A DNA stretch of 62,734 nt, filler included, from Collodictyon triciliatum (GCA_043381765.1; 4 parts of 4 records of this genome joined end to end with filler, not necessarily neighbours in it), one strand, 5' to 3'; positions 1 through 14,225 are shown, counted from the whole stretch's first letter. The notes: generated from the letters alone by a model not told the origin. Numbers and translations are program-made.

Positions 1-1176
1 TGTTTTTCTGTAATAGTATTGAATGCTCTTCTAATATCTGAAAGCATTGAATCTGGAATTATATCTGTAAGCCTCATAAATCACGGTTTCTCATATTGTT
101 ATATTGCAGCAGATGTATGATTCTTATATCTGTAGATTACTGAGGATTTTAGAGTATGTGTAGAAAATGCCAACAACATAGATATATCCTTCTATTGTGA
201 AATCGAAGACAATACCTCAAAAAAAGTGTTCTCTATATCAGAAAATAATGACGTTTGGGAAAACTTTATGCATCTTATTTACTGGATAGATGAATGTCAC
301 AGCTGAATCCATCATCTATCTTTACGACTCAGTATAAAGATTAAAATTATCCTGCATTTTCATGAAAACCAAACGCCTGTATTACAAGAAAATCTCTATT
401 TTGCGTTTCGTATTTTCCATGGAGCAATTGCTGTTGGAGAGAGGCTACAAATTACGGACTATCATTCGACTCATTGTAATTAGTCTTTTATGCAATTAAT
501 TTCACGAGTGATTTTCACTTGCTATTTTTACAAATTCATTATGTGATATCGAACAGCCAATCTGAAGTAGCGATTCGGGTGGCGGGAACAGAATGTGTGG
601 TTTAATTGTTTTGTTCCTGAAATACGGCACCAACATGAGCAATTTGAAAAGCTTAATAAGCTGTGCGTGGAGAGTTTGTATAGGTACTAATCATTTAAAA
701 AGAGATAAGATGAATATAGTCAAGTGGTACTTACAATCCCATGAAAGACATCACACTCCAGCTTTTGTGACCATGACCCGGCGCATATTAATAATTATTC
801 CAGTCATCAATAAGACTTTTTTTTTTCATAAATCATCGGGATAGATTAGGGTGAAAGATGTCGTTTCTTGTGGGAATAATAATTTCTGGAATCCTGGAGA
901 GTTTCAAACAATGCCGCCCTTTTGTTTGCGCACTGGCGCGCCGACTCCAAAGGGGTTTGTGACTCGAGCCAAACGACGGCCGAACATGAACGCGTTAAGC
1001 TCCAGCATAAACGCGTTTGACATATCTGGTAAATCATCCCTTTTTTGGATTTATTGAGATCGGAGGCAGAGACGCATTCGCAAAAGCATGGTAATCGTTT
1101 CGTGCAGTAATGCTCCAAGTCAGATCACTTCTCTGGGCTATTCCTTTGTCCATACGCTCGAAACAGACACAAGGAA

Positions 1177-1281
1177 AGAAGAAAAAGAAAAAAGAAAAAG
1201 AAAAAAGAAAAAGAAAAAAGAAAAAGAAAAAAGAAAAAGAAAAAAGAAAAAGAAAAAAGAAAAAGAAAAAAGAAAAAGAAA
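1177..1281. repeat. (GAAAAA/GAAAAAA)n A-rich microsatellite
   Basis: Direct reading. Confidence 0.9.
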
Positions 1282-1412
1282 TAGGATGGAAGAAACAAGG
1301 GAGCAAATAAATGCATAGAAGACATGTAAACGCCCTCCAAAGACATGGTAACATCACTACTCAAGAACTAATTGCAGAAATCTCCCCTCGACGGAGCAGC
1401 AAAGCAAGCGCC

Positions 1413-3170
1413 ATGGCAACAACGCTCCAAAGCAAGGTTTTTTTTTCTTTCACACGATAGACCTGCTCCTCAGACTTGGAATCTGTGCGCTGTCTCTGTA
1501 ATTATCCGCGAAGGCTTCTTTTGGGCCTTTGATGAGGCGCAACTCTTATCGGAAAGTCAAAGTGTTGTGATCGGGCGTGTGAAACTGACTTTTGCTTCTC
1601 GCACAAAAGCTTCCTTCCAACGTGATCGACCGCTCCGTCTATGTTTGCAATGTGGCCAACGGTACCACTGTCAAAGATCTGAGCGACTTTTTTTCTTTCT
1701 GTGGGCCGCTGGAAAACATCATCCTTGAAGCGTGAGGACTTTCATCACTTCGCCGACAAGACCTCTATTTTCGCCTCTTGCATACGATTCTATCCCCATT
1801 ACCAGAGACAATCAATAGACTTCCTTGATTCATTTGTGTTTACTAGTTTCGCCTTTTGCTTTCTTTTAGATATACCTTTTCCTGTCTCTTTTATCTTTAT
1901 CTTTCATCATGGCGTGTTCATATTATCGTAACCAATCCAAAAAAAAAAAAAAGGAACTCTGTGGACCAGCTTCAACATGCAGCAGTGACTTTTGGAGATC
2001 TGAACACAGCCGCCACTGCATTGTTGCTGAGCGGAGCAATCATCTCTGGGAAGTCTATCGAGATTGCTCGCTTTCCGCAATCCGAGAGCTCGACCGTGGA
2101 AGCCCAGCAGAGCGTAGAAGTACAACACGATGAGCCTGCTTCATCTTCAACTGGGAAGGTTGACCATTTGACTTGTTATTTGTTCATTTATTACAACAAT
2201 TTCTGATGTTCAATTTTCTTCTTTTTTTTCTTTTCTAAAATAAATAAATAAAATCAAGACCGCTGTTAGTGTGGTTTCGGACATCCTGGCAAAGGGTTAT
2301 GTTCTTGGAGAAAACGCCCTTCAATCAGCCAAGGAGTTTGATGGTTAGTCTTTTGGATTCGAAAAGAAGGAAACAGACCGAAAGAAAAACATATCGATGT
2401 GACTGAGAGGCGGCAGTGTCATCATTTTATTCATTACAACAAAAAAAAAAAACATCCTCTTTTACATATTACAGGCCACCTCTTTTCATAATCCTTCTAC
2501 AGGCCAATGGCCAAGAAACATAAGTCCAAGATAGTTTTCTCTGCTATTTTCTCTCTTTCCAACTAAAATCATCACGCAATTTCTAGAGAAGCACAACATT
2601 TCTTTGAAGTTCAAGGTTGCTGTTGAGTCCGCAAAGAACAAGGCTCTCAAACTGGATGAGACCTACAAAATCACTGAAAAGGCCCAGGCCGCTGGCGAAG
2701 CTGGTAATCTGAGCCCCAAAGTCATCTATTCAAGCCTCTTCATAAGCAAATGCACGAACAACCACAAACCCAATTACTAAGCGCGGTACCCATTCCAGCG
2801 TCTTCCAAGGCAAAGAAGCTCGACGAAGAATACCACATTTCTGAGAAAGCCACCTATGCAGCAGCAGCCGGAGCTGCCACAGCCAGTGTTCTTGCCTCCA
2901 AGGTATGCATGTGTTTGAATTCAAGATACTTTGTTCAGGAGCCGCTCGATGGATGTGTTTCTTTTCATTCTCATTCTCATTCTCATTCCTTAACCACATG
3001 GTCTCTTCCATTCGTGTACACAGGCAATGTCGGTGAATGCCATTAGCTCGGCTGTTGGCTTCATGAAGCGCGGAATGGACGCTGCCCAGGCAACCGCCGA
3101 GGAAATCAAGGCAGAGACCCAGCGCAAGATTGAAGAGAAGGAGAAGGCCAAATCACAAGGCACCAACTAG
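1413..3170 (+). CDS. RRM protein, Vip1 / BPA1 (binding partner of ACD11)-like, multi-exon
   Basis: Hand-spliced in frame: MATTLQSK|LPSNVIDRSVYVCNVANGTTVKDLSDFFSFCGPLENIILE|..AAVTFGDLNTAATALLLSGAIISGKSIEI..|TAVSVVSDILAKGYVLGENALQSAKEFD|EKHNIS..LDETYKITEK..|..IEEKEKAKSQGTN-TAG. DFFSFCG, TALLLSG and LAKGYVLG..AK.FDEKH are hallmark motifs of this family. Confidence 0.85.
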
Positions 3171-3621
3171 TTTGGCGTGGTACATGGTTCCATTTCCTCG
3201 CCAACACAAGATGGCGAGTGGAGGCTCATGATGAACCGGATACTACAAAATCGTGCCCAACTAAAACCAAACTCCATACTTTGTCATCAAGATTCCATGG
3301 AGAAATCTCAACGCTGAAATAGTTAGTTGCTGTTTTAACTTATTTATTAAAATATATTTTGCTTTTAGACGAAAGAGAACACGTCATAATTAAGCTATTT
3401 GAGCGGGTTAGCGATGCAGCATATTTGATGCATTTTGACGATAGCACTTTGAGAAAACTACACGGAACAAACTATCGTACTTTTGAAAGAAAGGGAAATA
3501 CGCGGTAATCAAATATGTGTCATCAAAACGACCGAAACAGAGCCATTGTATAAACCCAATTTATTTTCATGTTCTACTTGTGTAAAAAAGAACACACAAC
3601 ACATATTCCAGAAATCTGCTG

Positions 3622-6600
3622 CTACACTTTGGATGCGGACATATTTGCTATTTTTTCCAAACGCTGAGATTCCTACATGAAAGTATAATCAGTCAACCAA
3701 CTGACCCTCGCGTTTGTTGTTTTTTTTTTCTTTCATTTTCCTTTCCATATACACACACCTTTCAAACCTAACATGGAAATTGCCATGAATGTGCGATATG
3801 CTCGCATGTATTTTTCAAGAGGGTTTGGCATACCTCCAATTCTCGGGAACTCAGTTCTCGACTCGCCTGTCTGGTTTGGTTGACAATTTCTTTTTGCCGA
3901 GACGCCAACTAACAATAATATAATCATTTATTTTATTTTTGATAAGCTCGCTATGATTTTCACTCCATGTTTTTGCGATGTGTTATCATAATATGCGCAG
4001 GCTATAAGGTATAAGAGGAAACTGTGTATCCCAAACACATACAACAGCGACAGATATGGAAAATGAGTATGCAACCTTTGGTTCTGGTATCCCGACCGGC
4101 CCCAAGTCTTCTCTGAAATAGGTGATTTCCATTCGATTATAGAGATAAAATTCAAAGAGAACTGTGTTTAATTCATGCGTGAAATCACTTCAAATGGTAT
4201 ATTACCGAGATTTCCCGTTGGAAGCTGCGCTCATTCCTGAAGCAGGCGGTATTGCGGTACGAGCAAAAGAATTCGTTTGTAGCGCGAGCTTTGTTGGGGT
4301 TTATTGAAGTTTGACACGAGTGGTTGGAAAATAAGAATGATAATGATAATAAAGCTGCTCGCGAACAAGTTATTCTTGCGGAATGCATTGCTGATTACCT
4401 CGTAGTCCTTCTTGCTCCATCGGTTAGGATCGCCTGTCTTCTTTTGTCCGCTTCTCATCTTGCTACCCTCTCGTACGATTACACCGGACGCCAGTTTGAT
4501 GTTGTCCACCTGTTCGAGCCATCGAGAAAGGGATGAGCAAAGTTTATATACCAATGTACGTTTCTCTGATTTTCCTGAATAGGTCCATGAATAAAATGTA
4601 AAGTAATGTGGTTGAAGCGATTTGTGTTTGCATTGTATGGGAAATAGATAAAACGAAAACCTACATTTGAAATGGGCACAATTTGGGCCTCTTTAAAAAA
4701 CACCTCCTCAGCAACTGCTTTCTTTTTTACTGGGTTTGGATTTCCTCCCGTGGCTGTGTGGTTATCAGAGCCTTCTTCGTTCTTTCCTTTGCCTTTTTTT
4801 GGGGGCGAATCTCTCTTCAAGGACTTGGACAAGGAGTGACTCTGTCCTGAGGATTCATCTGATGCCACATTTACACGAACCTTCATCCTAAACACCACAA
4901 CATAGACAGGATTCGGCAACCAATTTACGGTGGTGTATCAGTAACATGATAGAATCAGATTTCTAGTATACGCACACATCTGAATTAGGGTATGTATCAA
5001 TGAAGTACTTATTTGTTGGTAGTTTGTCGGGGTTTATGTGACTGATAAAGATCACGCTTCCATCGACATCATACGTGTATTCTTTCCCTTTCAATTCGTG
5101 TCTCAGGCGATTGAACTTGTCGCTTTCTTCTTTTTCAATCTTTTGTAGTCCCAGAACAAAAAAAAAATAGAAAAGAAGTAGAGTATAAAACAAGATAATA
5201 TACTTAGCTTTCTCTGCTCAACAAGTAAATGAGAATTGTGTCACGTTACTTGCTGTAGCTTCTGTTTTAACTGCTCTGCTGCTTTTCTATCTTGCTCAAT
5301 TTTATCCTTGATTCTTTCAACATGCCTGTGCTTTGCAGAACTTGCCTCTGTGGTGGTATCTTGTGAGCTTTGTTCGATCTATAGAGAGGGAGGTCATGGC
5401 GGCCACCAAATCATTCAGTATCACATAATAAAAATAATAAATTTTTATGATTACAGAGTTCATATTGATGCTTCGATTTGCGCAGGGAGAAGGGAATGAA
5501 AAGATGTGCATACCAATGGTTTGGATAAAATATCTGATATTCCAGAGATTCCTGTATCGTTCAGATTTTGCGGAGTGCGTGAATCAAGTTTCATATCTGC
5601 AGTCTGCTCTCTGCTTTTTGTGAGAGAAAGACTCGAAATAGACTTCTTGGCTCGTGGTGGGAAGCTAAACCAAACAAAATTATCTGATTTTAGTATAAAA
5701 TTGATTGAAACTTCCTTTTGTCGTTATAGAATCCTTAGTTTATAGTCAGTAACCGGTGAATGCTTTGATATTGACTGGGTTGGCATGAGATTTGATTGTG
5801 CAAAAACATACTTTCCCTGCATCGCATCAACTTGGTCAAGAGGGGCAGAACGTGGGCGAACTGTAACTGGGATGACTCCACGGGAATGTGAGTCCAAAAG
5901 AACTTGCGGTATTTCTTCATCATATACAGTTTTATAAATAAACAAATAAAAATTCAGCTGGCCTCTTTTGGAATGTTTTATTTTAATGACAAGTAGCTTT
6001 GTATTCAGTGCAATATGAGTCTAAGTGCCTTGCACTTCTGCATACCCACGTCTGGTGCCCAGCTCTCCTGCTCATGTGCAAATAAATCCCCTGCGTCTCG
6101 GGTTAAATCTATTGACTGTGTTAAATCGATTAAGACATCTTCCACGGAGGTTATATAACAAAACAAAAAAAAATATAAGAAGCAATCCATATGTCTAAAA
6201 AAGTATAATTTAACAATTACATATGACAATATTTGAATATGTTAAAACTTAAATACAATCATTTCACACGGATGGTGGATACAGGGTACATAACTTATAT
6301 TTTGTCGACCATGCAACGAGAAAAGGATGAGAACCTTGACGACAGTGAGAAGGTCCCGCTTCGCTTGACGAACAACGAAAGGAATCAAGCGCGCTTGCAA
6401 CTCACGGTCCAGGATAACCTCATATGAAACGTCAATCAAGATGGTAATCATATGCGCCACTGTTTCTTCGCCGTCCTCTTGTCGTAGAAAATGATCTGAA
6501 CTAGGATATTCAGTCAGAATCCCAGCGTTGCTTGCGTGGCCTTTGGACAATGCAGACCGCGCTGAGCGTGGAGTTACTCCATTGGCCCGACCTGCATTTC

Positions 6601-7041
6601 GAACGAAATATAAAGAAAAATTACTGAGTATATGGCTGCCAGTCCATATTTGTTCATTCTTTTCAATCATTTGCGGCGTATTGTCTTTTTTTTAAAAAAA
6701 AATAAAAATAAAAAAAATGCCGGCAAAAAATTAATAAAGTGGGTATATAATATCATAATTAGGGGAAATCGTTGGCATTGGTTGGTTGTTGAGTGGGCGG
6801 TTGTAATGTATTGCTTCGATATCAGGACCTCAGTAAGTGTATGAACTAAGATCCCATGAACACGAGATATATATATAAAAGTCCATTTTACGATGCCCTT
6901 CACCAGAGTCTAATAAAGTGCACTGAAACCTGGTGACTGTGGAGACTGTGTCACAAAGTTTGAAGGTTGCGCAAGAAGATTAACAGTGGAGAGCGACGGG
7001 ACAATGCCCGACTCGGAGCCCGCCAGAATCGACGTACTCAT
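3622..7041 (-). CDS. C2orf81/DUF4639-like protein, multi-exon
   Basis: Exons read EDGEETVAHMITILIDVSYEVILDRELQARLIPFVVRQAKRDLLTVVK..LTRDAGD..SWAPD..EEIPQVLLDSHSRGVIPV, matching the C2orf81 N-terminal pattern as recalled. Later exons include KEYTYDVDGSVIFISHINPDKLP and VDNIKLASGVIVREG. The last exons splice in frame to ..ESQRLEKIANMSASKV-TAG at 3622. The start codon is tentative. Confidence 0.6.
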
Positions 7042-7685
7042 TTGATACCTTTGAGAAAAAATAATAAGTAAGCACGGAATATGTCGCAGGATAAGATCCT
7101 TAAAAAAAAGAAAAAAAAATAGTTTTCAGAAAATGCTGTCTGTGCCATGGCTCTTGCCCAAAGGCAAAAGAGTGGCCTGTTTTCCCCCTTTCTGCGATGG
7201 GCTCATGGATCCCTGGAGCGAAGCGAACCGAGAGACTTCGACCGACAGGCCGCTTCCACACATCAAACAGAACGCAAAGACAGCGCAATCCAGTGTCCTG
7301 ATCTGGAACATCAGCAGATTTTGTGTAGTTTGTTTTCCGTTGAATGGGTACGGTATGATATGTCCGGTGGGGAGTGTGCGGAGGGCGGAAGACTCACTCT
7401 TACTCGAACCATATGTGGAAACCAGATTTATCATCGCAACATCCCGCCAGCAAGCGGAATCAAAATGAAAGGGTTTGTTTAATTATCGTGGTGGGAGGCC
7501 GTGAGGAATCAAAACAGAGGGGCAAATGGGACGGAGCATCAGGGAAGGCCGCCGCATCGGAAGGCACACAGGAGGCTGTACACCACAACCTGAGAGGCTC
7601 CGAGCAAAAGAGTCTGCGTCCGGTCCCACCTTGTTTCTCTCCTGGGCACTCGGATAAAAAAAAGTAGAGAAGCGCATCCTCTGGC

Positions 7686-10625
7686 TTAGTGTCCGAGCGT
7701 CTTGCCGATGGCGTGGACTTCAAAGCCGATCTAAATGGTTTGGTTGAAACGTCACAAGTCAAGGCAATGTGATATCAGAGACGTGGTTGCAGGGATTCAA
7801 GGAGCGTGCGAGTGTATTGCATGGTTATTCTTGTCGGTGTTTTCTTCAGGGGGATTATTCTTATTTTATATATTGCTTTGGAATGAATTGGTTGGTAAAT
7901 ACAGATATGTGTTTGAGTGTGGTTACAAACATCGTGAAGCTTTTTGTGGTCGAGGATGTTGCGACCGTCGAAGATGAATGCGGGCTTTTGCATGACGTTG
8001 AAGAGAGCCTGGTGAGCGGCAGTGAGCACGAAATAAAGTTAGCAAGCTCCCTTTTCCTTTCTTTCTTTGTTGTTGTTTTTTCTCCTCCTTTCTTCTAATT
8101 TGACATGCGCAAGTCCAGGTCATTCAGACGCAGAGCGAAATGTACCTGGTAGTCGTAGTGGACGAACTCATCCCACTCGGTCAGGACGAGAATTGCGTGG
8201 GCGCCAGTGGCGGCTGCGGTAGAAATAAGGCATAGCGGATAAGCAGGTATATAAATATGCATAGACACATATACATATTACGCTAAAAGGTGGAACCCGT
8301 GGTGGTCTATGTGGGCACTAGAGATAGGCGCGAAGCAGACGAATAAAATGGTCTACCTTCAAGAGGTGTTTTGACGGGTGTGACAAACTTCTTGACATCG
8401 GTAATTTCGCTGGGGGTGATGCCGGGTTGAGCGAGTTCCATAAAGATCTTTTGGTGTGTTAGTCTCGTATTTGTAGAGAGGAGGACAATATGTATGAATA
8501 GTCCAAGTTAAGCAGAGGTGAAGAACTGGTTGTTGGACACAGACTGCAAAATGATGGCGTCAAGTGGGTCGGGAGACTTGGTCTTGGGGAGATAGGAAGA
8601 TGAAAAAAAAAGTACGTAGTTTTCTGTGACTTTGGGGTCGTAGATGGAGATGAGAGCACGCTCCTCAAGGAGATGGGAGCAAACTTGAATGGCGGCGGAC
8701 TCACGAGTGTCTCCGGTGTCCTTCTTGAATGCGAATCCTGTGTGATGTTTGTATATTTGTATTATCGCATCGTGAGTGAGTCGACTTCATAATGACATTC
8801 CCAAAGTATAGAGGCAGATAGCCACGACCAAGTTGTATAGTGTAGGTGTGATGGAACGAACCAAAGACGGCGATCTTCTTGTTCGATACGGTGTTGAACA
8901 AGGCGGAGATAACACGGTTGGTGAAGCGGCGCTTCTGGTAGTCGTTGATTTCGACCACCTGTTCAAGTACTCATGATTACTATACACTGGGTATATAAAA
9001 GTCTCGTAAACCAGTGAAGAGTACGTTTGGAAGTGATGTGATATACCTGTCTCCAGTAGTCAGCAACTTCGTTTAATCCAAAAGTTTCACACAAGTAGAC
9101 CAGATTGAGGATATCCTTCTGGAAGCAGCTATGATAAAGCGTACACGTTAATGGTCGTGGCACCTTCTTGAAGATGGAGTGGCGGTCAGTTTTAGTGAAT
9201 GACCTCTAGAAACACAAGGAAAATTCGACGCATGGGAAAAAGGTAGAAGGAACCTTCCGCCAAAACCAACGGAGGCCTTCAGAAATTTGGGGCCGATTCG
9301 AGAGTCTGTGCCGATGGCATGGGCGACTTCATCTACATCAGCACCGGAGGCTTCACAGAGAGCAGAGACAGCATTAATGGAGGAAATGCGTTGGGCAAGG
9401 AAGGCATTGGCAACCAGCTTAGAGAGCTCAGAGGACCACAAATTGGTGCGGATGATGCGTTCATGAGGGACCCAGTGAGCATAGATACTATAGAGCGCAT
9501 CCAGGGCTTTCTAGAGGATTAAAAGGGATGCATGAATGGCGCAGAATGGCTCCGTTCCTCATTTTAGAGATGAGTAACGCCCACGTATTTTCATCATATA
9601 CACAGGAAAAAGAAAGGGATACCTGTCCTTCGGGGGTCTTCTTTCCACCAATCAGGACACGGTCAGGGTTGTAGAGATCCTTGATGGCAGTTCCCTCAGC
9701 AAGAAACTCTGGGTTGGAGAGGATAGTGAACTTTGCGCCCTGTGTGGAGGAGTCTAGGATGCGTGCGATGGACTCGGCAGCGCGGACAGGGACAGTGGAC
9801 TTTTCCACAACAATCTTGTCGCTGGTGCAGACGCGGGCAATGGTGCGAGCTGAGCTTTCCAGGTACTTCAGGTCGGCAGCACGCCCCTTTCCTACAGGCA
9901 GTGTGACACGTAGAGACAGTCATATGAGTTCGTGGCTCCAAGAAAGGGAAAGGCAGGAAGAGACCGCGTTCGTGGGTCAAGTGGTGATTTCTCTGTTAAG
10001 AAACAGACTTGTGGGAGTATGCACTCGCTTGTTCATGAAATCATATATATGTGTAGGCTGTTGGGTGTGGGCTACAGACCAACTCCCGAGACTTTGGTTG
10101 GGGTGTTCACAGAGACGAAGATGATGTCCGCAAGGGCGATCTCCTTCTCCACCTCGGTCGAGAAGAACAGATTGATTCCGCGGCGTGCCTTCACCACCTC
10201 AAAGAGGCCCGGCTCGTAGATCGGCAGCTCGTCTGTGTTCCAGGCTGCAATACGCTCCACACTGATGTCCACCACAGTGACCGTGTGCTCGTGGCACTTC
10301 TCGGCAATGACGGCCATAGTTGGGCCTCCGACATAGCTACATTTGGTTTTGGGTTGTTATGAGTGAACCTGGTTAAAGCTTAGGCATTCGTGGCCGTGAG
10401 AAAGAAAATGAAAGAGGGGGTAAGTCTAGACAGGTCTCAATTTGAGTGGTGATTGTGGAAGAACTGATGAGAAATAATGGAGACTTTGTATATCGTGTTT
10501 ACGCTCAATCGGTTTTCAGTTATTATTTTAATTTTCTTGTTCTTTTAAAAAAAGGGTAACATCTTTGTCGGTCTCTCAAACGATGTTAGTGAAACATACC
10601 CAGCTCCGATACAGCAGATTCTCAT
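7686..10625 (-). CDS. UGDH: UDP-glucose 6-dehydrogenase, multi-exon
   Basis: [20 protein letters not shown] (Rossmann fold), [61 protein letters not shown] (catalytic Cys), [21 protein letters not shown], ending [17 protein letters not shown]. Confidence 0.97.
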
Positions 10626-11435
10626 CTTTGCGACTTGGTGGTTTGGACTTTTGCTCCGGGTTTCCTAAGATTGTATTCAGCAGGTCGGTCAAGGCCAGCG
10701 TCAAAGTTTTGTGCTGATCTTCAGGAAAGAACAGTTTGTTTTGGTGGGGATATCTGCTCCGAACACAGAGTAAAACTAAAAGCAGCCAAGCAAGCATTGT
10801 GGATGATTGAAGACATCAGGGCCTGGCTGGTTTGGTCGGCCCAACAAGGTTCACCGTGTGTCCAAGGCGCTTCGTTTGTGTGCTGTTCAAGACGGCGTTT
10901 GCTTATCGGATGCTTTAGTCGGCCGCCCAGTTATCGATCCCACAGCCATAGCAACACGTATGATCTCTTGAGGCGTCCAACCACGGCGTTTTGTTTGGTG
11001 TGGTGGTTTCAAACGTTTAAATAACTTACGAGCTGGCGAATGTGCCGATGCGAATAGTCCCAAATAACCAACAGGGCTTCGGAAAAACCTGATTGTCGCT
11101 TTCTTTCCGGTTTTTTTTTTGGGCGCCTTGGTTGTGGCTATTTTTTGTTTTCGGTGTTATTTCGGAGCTAATTATGGAGAAAATTTGGTAATTTTCAAGT
11201 CCACATTTGTTTTAATTGGCTTTATCAAATTGGAAAGTGCATCCATGTCCACATTAAATAATAAAGACATAATATTAGTATTAAACGATTAAATTTAGTT
11301 CCAGAACTAATAAATAAATCAATTATAATATAAAAATTAATAAAATATTTAATTTCCACAAATAGATAATTCGCATCTAGGTTCGCAGCCCTTTTCTTTT
11401 TCGGAATGTTTTTTGACTGCTGGTCTTTATTGCAA

Positions 11436-13897
11436 TTACATGCGGTCGTCTGCTTCGTACCGAAAACCAAACTGCTCCAGGGTGTCGTTGAAGCTTCCCT
11501 CTAGTATTTCTTCGAACCCTCCGACATCGCGCCCTAAAAGCGTGTTTGCTTTTTTCCACAGTTGGGTCATGTAGTAGAACGCAGCCATGGCAATCAGCTT
11601 TGACTGGAAAGAAAAGACCTCCCACGATGTCCACCTGGGAGATGAACCAGGAACATGGCTCAGTCCGCTCGCCGCAAACGTGGCCATAACATTCACGCGG
11701 TTCACCGGTGAGCCGAATTCTTTGTTGTTGGATCGTACTAGATTCATATTCCGTCCGATAAAGATAAGTTCTCTCGGGATTTTCTCGTTGCTTTGGAGAA
11801 ACTCGCGGAGCTTCTCTTTTGCCTATATTGTGAGGGTTGAAGAAAGCGATGGGATACGACGAAAAGTTTAGATGGGGAGGAAAGTTCTGATTAAAATTAT
11901 GCCTTGGAGCGGCACATTTTAACCTGATGCTCTTCTCTCAATTTTTTTTCCAACATTCAAGAATAAGTATTAAAGGCATTCGAAATATGCGACCGGCCTC
12001 GTTTTGTAGTTTGATGGCGTCCTCTCGCGTAACCCGAACAACATGTATTGCTCCCTTGGATGGATTAAAAGGCTTCATCAATTGCATAGACGCAAAAAGT
12101 TTGGAGTCGATGATTCCCCATTCCTTGCAGATTTCTTCCATCTGATGGGCCATAATTTTGGCTTACAATACGTTCGAAAGAATAATTCATATATGCATGT
12201 ATGTATATCTGTGTCAAAAGAGCAACACATAATATAAATGCATGGATTGTAGTTCATATCAACCAACTGGTACTTTGTTCAAATCTAAAAGGAACATCGC
12301 TTTCCAAAGTTCACAATATTGCACCCTGAATTCAGGGCTTTCTTCGATGTAGAGTCCGTGGTCGAGTAAAATAAGTTCATGCTTTGGATTCCGATCAAAG
12401 AAAGAGCCGGTGTGTGACGGATTTTTCCTAACAAGAATGTTTCCTAGCATGCAGTGTTTAGAAAGTGAGAAAATGAAAAAGAAAACCTCTTTACCCCTTC
12501 TTTTCAACGTCTTATTCATTCAGTAATTTTCACACAGCAGTATCCTGTTACCTGGGTGCGGGTCGCAATGGACAAACCCTGATACAAATATCTGATGAGA
12601 AAATATCTCAATCATGGACTTTGTAACATCAGGAATGGAAAGACCCATCTTAAGAATAGATTCTGCATCTGATATCTTCACTCCATCCATAAATTCGGTG
12701 GTTAAAATGCGCGGGCTGGTAACGTCCCAGTAAACCTGAGGTATATATTACACTATCAAAAAGGTTATCTCACCAATTCAAGCAAGCAAATACTAAAGTT
12801 GACAAATATGGCGTGTATTCTTTTTTTTTTTTTTATATTACTGTACTCTTGAAATACTCACTTTTGGAACGTAAACATCTCTTCTGTGGACAAGATCTAG
12901 AGATGCCCTCTCTGTGTTTCTTCCTTCAGACAAGAAATCAACCTCCTTATATAAATTCTTCTCTGTGTAATCAACCGTCCAATATATCGGCAAGTCGAAC
13001 AACTTCTCGAAACCAAAAGCAACAAGCCTATAACAACCCATATCCCAGGGAAACTGTCCTCGGATGTAGGGTTTCTGGACTTTTACAGCGACCTGATATT
13101 CATTTTCAGTTAGATAAGGTCAGATGGGTCGTCATGGCACAAATAAAAGGGATCAAAAGCCTTTTTTTTTTTGGAGGAAAAAAACCACCCAAGATTGTGA
13201 TTCTTTGATATTTCGTGTATTATTCATAAGGATGTATATATATTAGAAAAATCGACCAAGTCATACGTATTGGTTTGTGCCTTTGAGCTTTGCCTTGTGA
13301 ACCTGTGCTATTGAGGCTGAGGCAATAGGAGTAGGATCGAATTCGTCATACAAATCATAAGGCGATTTGCCGAATTCCTCCATAAATATCTTATTAACCT
13401 GGAGCAGCATAATCAGTGTTATTTTGCTGTGTGTATAGCACAATAGAGGATGGATTATGTATTGAGAATGGCATGAAGAATGCCCCAAGCAGAGGATGTG
13501 TGGAAAAGGAATTGAATCAGTCATGAGAACAGATTCGTCTAGAAACACTCACCGCTTCCATTTCGACAACCGGTGCTTGATCTTGCAGGACTGCAAGAGT
13601 CTTTCGAAACTCTGGAGGGAGCACGTGGTTCATGGAGGCGATTCCCTGGCCAAACTTGACATACAAACCTCCGTTCTTTCGAAAGACATGCAACAATCTG
13701 TCGGCAACTCGCTGATGAACTTCGCTGGCGTTCTCTACAGAGAAGTAGTACTTGTAGTCCACAAGAGTCAGCAGCGCAGCGTGGATCATTCGTGCGTTGC
13801 GCATAACCCTCGCATCCTCAAAAGCCGTGTCGTACGCAACAAACGCCCCAGTTGCAAAGAGCGCTGCCTGCCGTGCTTTGCGCAGAACACTGAACAT
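11436..13897 (-). CDS. ABC1/UbiB-family atypical kinase (ADCK1/ADCK5-like), multi-exon
   Basis: NGGLYVKFGQ (KxGQ motif), LQDQAP, PIASASIAQVHKAKL, VAVKVQKP, EVDFLSEGRN, ILTTEFMDG, HCDPHPGNILVR, LLDHGLY. Basic N-terminus (MFSVLRKARQ) resembles an organellar targeting peptide. Confidence 0.92.
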
Positions 13898-14225
13898 CGG
13901 TCGCTTGCCTGGTTTATCTTCTGCGGGCGTTTTCGGCTCGTTCTTTTTCTTTCTCCGTTTCCTTTTCCTTCTGTGCTGTGCTCTGTGCTGTGGGCCATGG
14001 CTTGAAGAGAACTGATCGTTCCTTGGTGATCTCGATTCGCTGCGACGATTTTCTGTAGTCAGATGAGGGGCTCCACAAAGCGAAATCCACATATAGTAGT
14101 ATTCGGTATGATAGGGAAGATAAGCGCTTCTTGGGGCTTCCTGTGTCCCACACCACACGCATTTACATCGCAGCCTTCAAATAGAAAAACGAAAACAACT
14201 TTTCTTATATTCTTTTGCCAGAAAC

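Noticed and set aside
184..193. ATATCCTT motifs (also near 49239) as U12-type intron donors
   Set aside because: No matching exon boundary, U12 branch point or AC acceptor could be found.
1..1160. Possible partial gene at the window start
   Set aside because: Short open stretches exist on both strands (plus 136-306; several minus-strand exon-like pieces), but neither strand nor product could be established.
1034..1364. Poly-K/F, poly-C/L, poly-I and similar ORFs here and at 15098, 28143, 36292, 39457 and 46092
   Set aside because: Translations of microsatellites in introns or intergenic DNA.
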